Below, in pieces: positions 9,754-16,200 of a DNA stretch of 34,611 nucleotides. Positions within the stretch are counted from its first letter, which is position 1, and every line of letters starts with the position of its first letter. The position numbers and the translations under genes were made by a program. Location: NCBI GenBank assembly GCA_045613265.1, contig JAZLAP010000145.1:1-34611 (forward strand), read 5' to 3'. The DNA is from Eubacteriales bacterium. GTDB taxonomy: Bacteria; Bacillota; Clostridia; Oscillospirales; CAG-272. Below the pieces are notes generated by a model. It made no database searches and had not been told where the DNA came from. It saw nothing but the letters and a program-made list of their open reading frames with translations.

Positions 9754-10031
9754 ATAGCCGAAAAGAGCCTAACCCATAAGGTTTTCGCCTTCATAAATCT
9801 CCGTATCCATCAGAGAAATTTTCTCGGAATATCCTATATTCCTTCGTAAATTTTCTTCGTCTACGAAAATTTCTGTCCGACGGAAACTGCAAGGCACCTC
9901 TCGGCGAGCGGATTTCCGATGATTTCTGTCGAAAATCGGCGAAGCAAGGTAAGACCTTGCGAGACGGGAGACGGCAGAAAGCGCGGAAATACGTCGTCGA
10001 GAGGCTTATGGGTTCGGCTTTCTTCGGCTAT
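9754..10031 (+). repeat. 278-bp element with 27-bp imperfect terminal inverted repeats and nested internal stems (structured leader RNA or MITE)
   Basis: 9754-9780 ATAGCCGAAAAGAGCCTAACCCATAAG vs reverse complement of 10005-10031 ATAGCCGAAGAAAGCCGAACCCATAAG (24/27). Inner pairings CCTCTCGGCGA..ATTTCCG / CGGAAAT..TCGTCGAGAGG, TTTCTGTCG / CGGCAGAAA, GCAAGGT-aag-ACCTTGC. Confidence 0.7.
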
Positions 10032-10063
10032 TCAACAAAACGATCAAAAGGAGAGAATTCTGA

Positions 10064-12292
10064 ATGATGAACAAAAAGGAACTGACGGCAGCCGTCAAGC
10101 AAATGGCATACGCACTTGGCGCGGATATGGTGGGCATCGCCCCTGTCTCTCGCTTTGACGGACAGCCGCATATGCTGCACCCGAAGGCGCATCTGCCCGA
10201 GGCAAAATCCGTCATCTGCTTCGGCATCCACCACCCTGACGCATCGGTGGAATGGTGCGGCGAGCCTAACCCGAACTATCCCGAGGCATTCCAGATCGGT
10301 ATGATCCCGAAGCTTGATACGATGTGCTATCGCATTGCTAAAATGCTGGAAAAGGAAGGCTATCCGACGGTCGCACAGCCCTGCACGACCTATTGGCGAC
10401 ACAGAAAATACAAGGATATTCCCTACGAGCACGCCGCAACCTTCAGCCATATGGCGGCATTTGTCGCCTGCGGCCTCGGCGAATACGGTTATCACGGTAT
10501 GGTAATGTCTCCCGAATACGGTCCGCGCGAGCGCATTATTTCCATCATCACCTCGGCAGAGCTTGAGCCTGACCCGCTTTACAACGGCGCACCGCTTTGC
10601 GATGAATGTAAGATGTGCGCCCGTGTCTGTCCGGGCAGAAATTACGAAGCCGAAAAGCTGAACGATCCGAATTTTATTGAGTTTGAAATCGAAGGCAAGA
10701 CCTTCCGTTATCCGAATATTAACCGTTGGCGGTGCTTTTTCGGTGAGCAGGCACATCTTGATACAACGAAGCTCGGCGACATCGTTAAGCTTGATGAAGA
10801 TGGCATCTACGAGGCGATAGACACCGTGCCGCGTATCATTACCCGTAACGGCGGCTATATGTGTAAGTCCTTCAAGCACTGTATGTCGAGGGGCAAGCGC
10901 TATTACGATAAGAAGTATGCACCCGGTCCGCGCCGCAAAAAAGAAAAATCCGACCTTTCAAAAGAGGCTATGATGGCAAAGATCGTCGAGCTTGCCGTCG
11001 CGTCGGGCGCCGACCGTATCAGCGTTGCGCCGCTTTCCGAGTTCGCAGACCACAAGCCGAACTTTGAGGAAGGCTTCCGCACGGAACAGTTCTTCGAGCA
11101 TTTCAAAACCGTGATCACCTTCGGTCGCCTCGTTCACAAGTACAGTAAGGATATTCCGCTCGAGGACAGAAATGCTCTGCACATTCAGCGTCCGACCGAT
11201 GAGCATATGGAGTCGATACTGATTGACGTCAGCCGCTATCTCGACGATCTTGGGTATGATGCCATTCAGGACTGGTATGCTACGGGTATTGCCAAGGAGC
11301 ATGCACGCCGCAGTGGTTGGTATGAAAACGGAAAAGAGGTCTATGCCTTCTCTGTGTTCTGCGATATTCCCTTTGAGAGAGAAAACCGCATTCTGAAAAA
11401 ATTCGAGCTTGAAAGCTTCCCTGCGGTAGATGCTACGCTTCCTCTTTTTGAAAATGTGGAATTTGTCAGCGTCGGAAACGTTGAGGGTATTACATACGAG
11501 GGTATGGAAGCGGTCAAAAAGGTTTACCCGAATGTACGCTCGATCGTGGCAATCGCCTCGGCGATTCCCGAACGAACCGTTGAGCTTGCCTGCCGTCAGG
11601 AGGCGGAAGACGGCGGCCCTTATGCGTACATGCACTACGAAACCCTAAAGGAATCTCTTTGGACAGGCGAAGACCTTTGTGACGCGCTCGAGGCTCGTGG
11701 CTATTTTGCCGTGACGCTCCCCGATCTTGCCCCCGATTCCTATTTGACGATCGGCAAGCTCGGTCGTCATATGCCCGACCTCTATGCAAACGCGCCCTTC
11801 GCCGCTGCGGCGGGACTCGGTGCGATTGGGAAGAGTGGTATGCTTACCCGTGCCGATGTCGGCCCGCGCCTGCGTTATGTGTTCGTGCTCACCGATGCGC
11901 CCCTCACTCCGACCGAACACGCGGGAAAGGACGTCGCTTGCCCCATCGACTGCACCGCTTGCGCCGAGGCTTGTCCGATGAAGGCGCTGTCTCCCGAACG
12001 GCTTATGAACGTAACCGTCAGAGACGGAGAATCTTATCCCGTAATGAAGCGCGATGAGACGCGCTGCATGTGGGCGCGCTCGCTTGCTATGTGCGAGGGG
12101 GCAGGCTCGACGCAGCTCGGTTGGCAGATTCCCGACATCGCCGTTCCCGAAGTGATCACTCCCGAAAAAATAGAAGAAGTGCTTCAGTCAAAGGACAAGA
12201 TACAAACGCTCTGCTACCAATGCCCGAACTTCACGGACATCATCATTGAGCGCTGCTTGCAGGTCTGTCCGATCGGAAAGAAAAAACAATAA
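10064..12292 (+). CDS. Fe-S protein with three tandem epoxyqueuosine-reductase (QueG)/reductive-dehalogenase-like units
   Basis: Unit 1: LGADMVGIAP, LPEAKSVI, SHMAAFVACGLGEYG..GMVMSPEYGPR, CDECKMCARVCP. Unit 2 (no Fe-S motif): SGADRISVAP, FKTVITFG, YLDDLGY. Unit 3: YPNVRSIV, LEARGY, AAAAGLGAIGKSGML..VGPRLR, CPIDCTACAEACP, ERCLQVCP. RBS AAGGAG. Confidence 0.8.
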   Translation: MMNKKELTAAVKQMAYALGADMVGIAPVSRFDGQPHMLHPKAHLPEAKSVICFGIHHPDASVEWCGEPNPNYPEAFQIGMIPKLDTMCYRIAKMLEKEGYPTVAQPCTTYWRHRKYKDIPYEHAATFSHMAAFVACGLGEYGYHGMVMSPEYGPRERIISIITSAELEPDPLYNGAPLCDECKMCARVCPGRNYEAEKLNDPNFIEFEIEGKTFRYPNINRWRCFFGEQAHLDTTKLGDIVKLDEDGIYEAIDTVPRIITRNGGYMCKSFKHCMSRGKRYYDKKYAPGPRRKKEKSDLSKEAMMAKIVELAVASGADRISVAPLSEFADHKPNFEEGFRTEQFFEHFKTVITFGRLVHKYSKDIPLEDRNALHIQRPTDEHMESILIDVSRYLDDLGYDAIQDWYATGIAKEHARRSGWYENGKEVYAFSVFCDIPFERENRILKKFELESFPAVDATLPLFENVEFVSVGNVEGITYEGMEAVKKVYPNVRSIVAIASAIPERTVELACRQEAEDGGPYAYMHYETLKESLWTGEDLCDALEARGYFAVTLPDLAPDSYLTIGKLGRHMPDLYANAPFAAAAGLGAIGKSGMLTRADVGPRLRYVFVLTDAPLTPTEHAGKDVACPIDCTACAEACPMKALSPERLMNVTVRDGESYPVMKRDETRCMWARSLAMCEGAGSTQLGWQIPDIAVPEVITPEKIEEVLQSKDKIQTLCYQCPNFTDIIIERCLQVCPIGKKKQ

Positions 12293-12445
12293 ACAACCGA
12301 ATGCCGCTTGATCATACACACAGCAAGCTGAAAGGAAGCACAATCATGATCGAGCTTTTCGGCAAAGCCGAAGAAGCCATTTTGACGGCTGAGCAAACCG
12401 TCGATAAATGCTCGGTATATAAAAAGATCGTCTCATTCAGCAATG

Positions 12446-12485
12446 CAAAAAGCCAAGGGATTTCAAAAGCTCCCTTGGCTTTTTG
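12446..12485. terminator. Bidirectional terminator between QueG-like gene and M48 gene
   Basis: 15-bp stem CAAAAAGCCAAGGGA / TCCCTTGGCTTTTTG. Confidence 0.8.
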
Positions 12486-12523
12486 GCGCTTAATGAGACC
12501 GCCCCTTTTCACGCACTACCCCA

Positions 12524-13081
12524 CTACTGCTTTTTCAGCAAAGCGGCACGCTCCTTGTAATCGGGCATATACCGTGCAACCAACTCATAAAACCGCTTTC
12601 CGTGATTCTTTTCCCTGATGTGTGCCAGCTCGTGAACGACCACGTAGTCGATCGCTTCTCTTGGGTAACGCATCAAACGGTAAGAAAAGGATATGCCATT
12701 TTCCGGGCTGCAACTTCCAAAACGAGTCTTTGCCGACGTAACACACACACTTTTGGGTTTCAGCCCCATAATCGTAGCATAGTATTGTGTACGCGCAGGT
12801 AAATACTGCTTCGCCGCCGCACGCAATTCTTCGATCTGATCGTCTGAAAGCGGAGGATACGCTGCCTGATATTGCGCCACCCTTTCGCGCGTTCGCGCGA
12901 TCCAAGCCGCATTACGTTCGACGAAATTCAAAATACGCGCAAGCTCGGTGTATAGTGGTGCATATACGATTACGGTTCCATCATTCTGCATCTTCATCGC
13001 TAACGTGCGCCTTTTGCCAGAACGGCGTAACCGATACCCATTCGGCAAAACGCTTTCTGCTATTTTACTTTTCTTTTTCAT
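12524..13081 (-). CDS. YgjP-like / M48 family metal-dependent hydrolase (DUF45)
   Basis: RRSGKRRTL, KTRFGSCS, IDYVVVHELAHIREKNHGKRFY (HExxH). Start moved from 13156 to ATG 13081, which has RBS GAGGGAG. Confidence 0.88.
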   Translation of the reverse strand: MKKKSKIAESVLPNGYRLRRSGKRRTLAMKMQNDGTVIVYAPLYTELARILNFVERNAAWIARTRERVAQYQAAYPPLSDDQIEELRAAAKQYLPARTQYYATIMGLKPKSVCVTSAKTRFGSCSPENGISFSYRLMRYPREAIDYVVVHELAHIREKNHGKRFYELVARYMPDYKERAALLKKQ

Positions 13082-13135
13082 ATCTCCCTCGTATATAGCA
13101 AAACCTTCTAACACTTCAATCGCAATACAGAGAAA

Positions 13136-13166
13136 CGCCCCGTGGATGAAAATCATCCACGGGGCG
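13136..13166 (-). terminator. Terminator of the giant repeat-protein gene
   Basis: Perfect 14-bp stem CGCCCCGTGGATGA / TCATCCACGGGGCG followed by TTTCT on the minus strand. Confidence 0.75.
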
Positions 13167-13215
13167 AAGCTCTTCAGAGAATGTCTCTCCGTCCGAGTAC
13201 AATATAAAGCTTATA

Positions 13216-16200
13216 TTACTCAGCAATGTAAGCCATCATTGCACGGAGCAGATTGGAGAGTGCGTTGGTCTCGTCTGCCACAATCTTGAGTGCAGCATAC
13301 TGAGCAAGGCTGTAGTAGTTGGTATTGCTGATTGCGGTGTTTTCCGCATTGCAAATGGTAGCAGCAAATACCTGACCCCAGTTTGCAGCATCGATCTCAA
13401 CCTCAACAACATACACACCGTTCACGATCTCGCAATCGGCAATCGCGATGCTGTCGTAGATCTTGTCGCCATCCTTGTTCGTGAGAACAAGGCGTGCTCC
13501 CTCGGGAAGGTTGGTGGTGATGTGATAAACAAAGCTAACCTTGTCACCGATCGAAACACCACGGCCTGCAAAGAATGCAGTAGCGTTCTCAATCTTCTTG
13601 GTGGGCACTGCTTCAACAACAGGAGCCTCGGCTACACGGTCAAACGCGAAGGTCTCGGCATCGCCTGCGCAAAGAATACCAGCGATCTCACCAAAGAGGC
13701 GGACCTCAAAGGTGTCAAGGATTGCAGAAAGCTTATCAGTGGTGTAAACGAAGGTGTAAACGCCCTCAACCTCATCGTAGCTTTCGACCTTCTCGCCGTT
13801 CACTTCGATCCATGCAGCATGGTAACGACCAAGATGCGTGTCCTTAACACTGATGGTAAGCGTGATCTTAGAATCAATGGTAGGAACAATCGAAATTGCA
13901 GAGTCAAAGCCAATGAAATCAACAACCTGACCTACTTCGACATCCTGCTCACCGAAGTAAGCAGCGATATGATACGAGCCGCAAACCGCGCAGATCTGGT
14001 AAACGGTATCAGAGATCTCGCTGATGTGATCATGCTCGCACCAGGTGTGACCTGCAGGAATGATGTAGTATTCCTCTACAACACCACATGCACAAGCGGA
14101 TTTTGCAATGCCGGTCGTGTTGCAATCGGTGCTGGGCTTAATAATAACTTCTGCAAATGCGTGGTTGGTTGCATCAAGCTGCTCGCCGGGTTCCGAATCA
14201 TAGGAATCCTTGCAAACAGAGCACTCGAAGTGCGTATATGCACCCTTCTGGCAGGTTGCAGCAACCGAGGTTTCAACGTAGGAGCATTCAGCCTTCTCGG
14301 TCTTGTTGCAAGTAGCACAAACGCGGCTATGCTCGCCGTCAACGGTAACGTATTCGCTCCAGTCATGACCGAGAGCCTTCAGAGTGTCATCGCCCTTGCC
14401 GGTCTCGGGATTGATCGAAGCTACGTAGTGATTGATCGTCTGGATCTCCGTCTGACATACGGAGCAGGAGATAACGGTACGTGCATCGTTCTCACAATCT
14501 GCTGCGTATTCGGTAACAAGCTCGGTGTGCTCAAGCTTCGAGTTTGCTACTTCGTGCTTAACGCCGTCCTTTGCAGCCGAGCAAACGGTGCAGGGGATGT
14601 AAACGAAAGCATTGTGTGTGCAGGTTGCCTCTTCGATATACTCCTCAGCTGCCCAGGTATGCTCGCCGGTTGCATCAATAGCCGCAGTCTCGCCTTCAGC
14701 ACCACAGACCTTGCAGAACTCAGTCTTCTTGCCATCAACGCCGCAGGTAGGATTGGTAACAACCTTGAATTCCATATTGTGACCAGTTGCATCGATCACA
14801 ACATCAACGGACACGCCGCATACCTTACAGGTATCAACACCTGCGCCGGGCTCGGTGCAAGTAGGAGCGGTTACGACCGTACGGTCATAGCTGTGTGCTG
14901 CGGGCATAAGGAAGTAGCCGTTGTTGAGCTTGGAATCGCAAGCACATACGTACTTGCCGATACCGCTTGCCGTGCAGGTAGGAGCCTTTACAACTGCCTC
15001 GGTCCATTCATGGTTCTGAGGATTCTTGGCAGCAGTCTCCTCGGTGTAAGCATGCTTACAATCCTTACAGGTGTAGGTAGTAACTTCCTTCTTCTGGCAG
15101 GTAGCTACCGTAGTAACGGCAGATCCATAGCGGTGTGCCTTCTTCTCTACGTACTGGCAAACCTTACAGGTACGGGTATGCTGATCCTTGTCAGCGTAAG
15201 CATAGCCGCCGTAGGTGTGACCAAGAGCCTTCTCGGCTTCGTCACCGGTCGCCTCGTAAAGGTCTACCTTATCAAACTCGGTCTTACATCTGTCACAAAC
15301 GGAAACGTCAAGACCATTCGTGGTACAGGTGGGCTTACGGTACTCGGAACCATCGGCATCTACGTGACCGAGAGGATCGCCAACCGTAACAACGTCCTTT
15401 TCAGCTTTACATACGGTACATACGGTGTAAACCTTTGCAGCCTCAGTACAGGTAGCGTCCTTGGTCTGCTCGGTTACCCAAGTATGATTGCCGGTAGGAT
15501 TGATTGCAATTGCATCGCCAAAGGTCTTCAGACAAACGGTACAGGTGTCGATCTTCGAGCCGGCAACGCCGCAGGTAGGATTCTTAGTGACAACGATCTC
15601 AGTCTTGTGACCAAGAGCGGGAACCGTGTAATCCTTTTCCTCTACGCCGCAAACCTTACATACGTGAGAAGCTTTGCCTTCACCATCACAGGTGGGGACT
15701 ACGCTGTAAACGGGTTCATCCCACGTGTGTGCAGCGGGAACGAGGTAGTAGGGATTTTCAGGTCTGATCGCGCCACATGCGCAAGCAGCCTTTGCAATAC
15801 CGTTGGTCGTGCAGGTAGGTGCCTTGATGATCAGTTCCTTATCGTAGGTGTGGTTGGTGGGATCCTTCTCACCGGTTTTATTCTGGAAGCTGTGCTCGCA
15901 AACCGTGCATGTAAACTTCGTGTACTCGTAATTCTGGCAGGTTCCGGGGATAATCTCATTCTCCCACTCACAGTTCTCAAAGTCCTCATCACCGCAACGT
16001 GCGCAAACAGCCTTGTGCTTGCCGCCCGTAGCATAAGCAAACTCGCCGTAGTTATGGCCGAGTGCGGGAGAACCGACAGGATTACCGTCTGCACCCAGTT
16101 CCTCGGAAAGATCTACCGTATCAAGGATCTCTTTGCAAACCGTGCAGAAGATCTCCTCGCGCTCGGGATTCTCGCAATCCGCATCATAGTGCTTGGACTC

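Noticed and set aside
9754-10031. Canonical cobalamin riboswitch before the QueG-like gene
   Set aside because: Could not find the conserved GGGAA / GCCACTG / B12-box elements; kept only as an unclassified structured element.
10064-12292. Respiratory reductive dehalogenase (rdhA) or plain queG
   Set aside because: No twin-arginine signal, no rdhB-like membrane anchor, and the three-unit length fits neither; gene symbol withheld.
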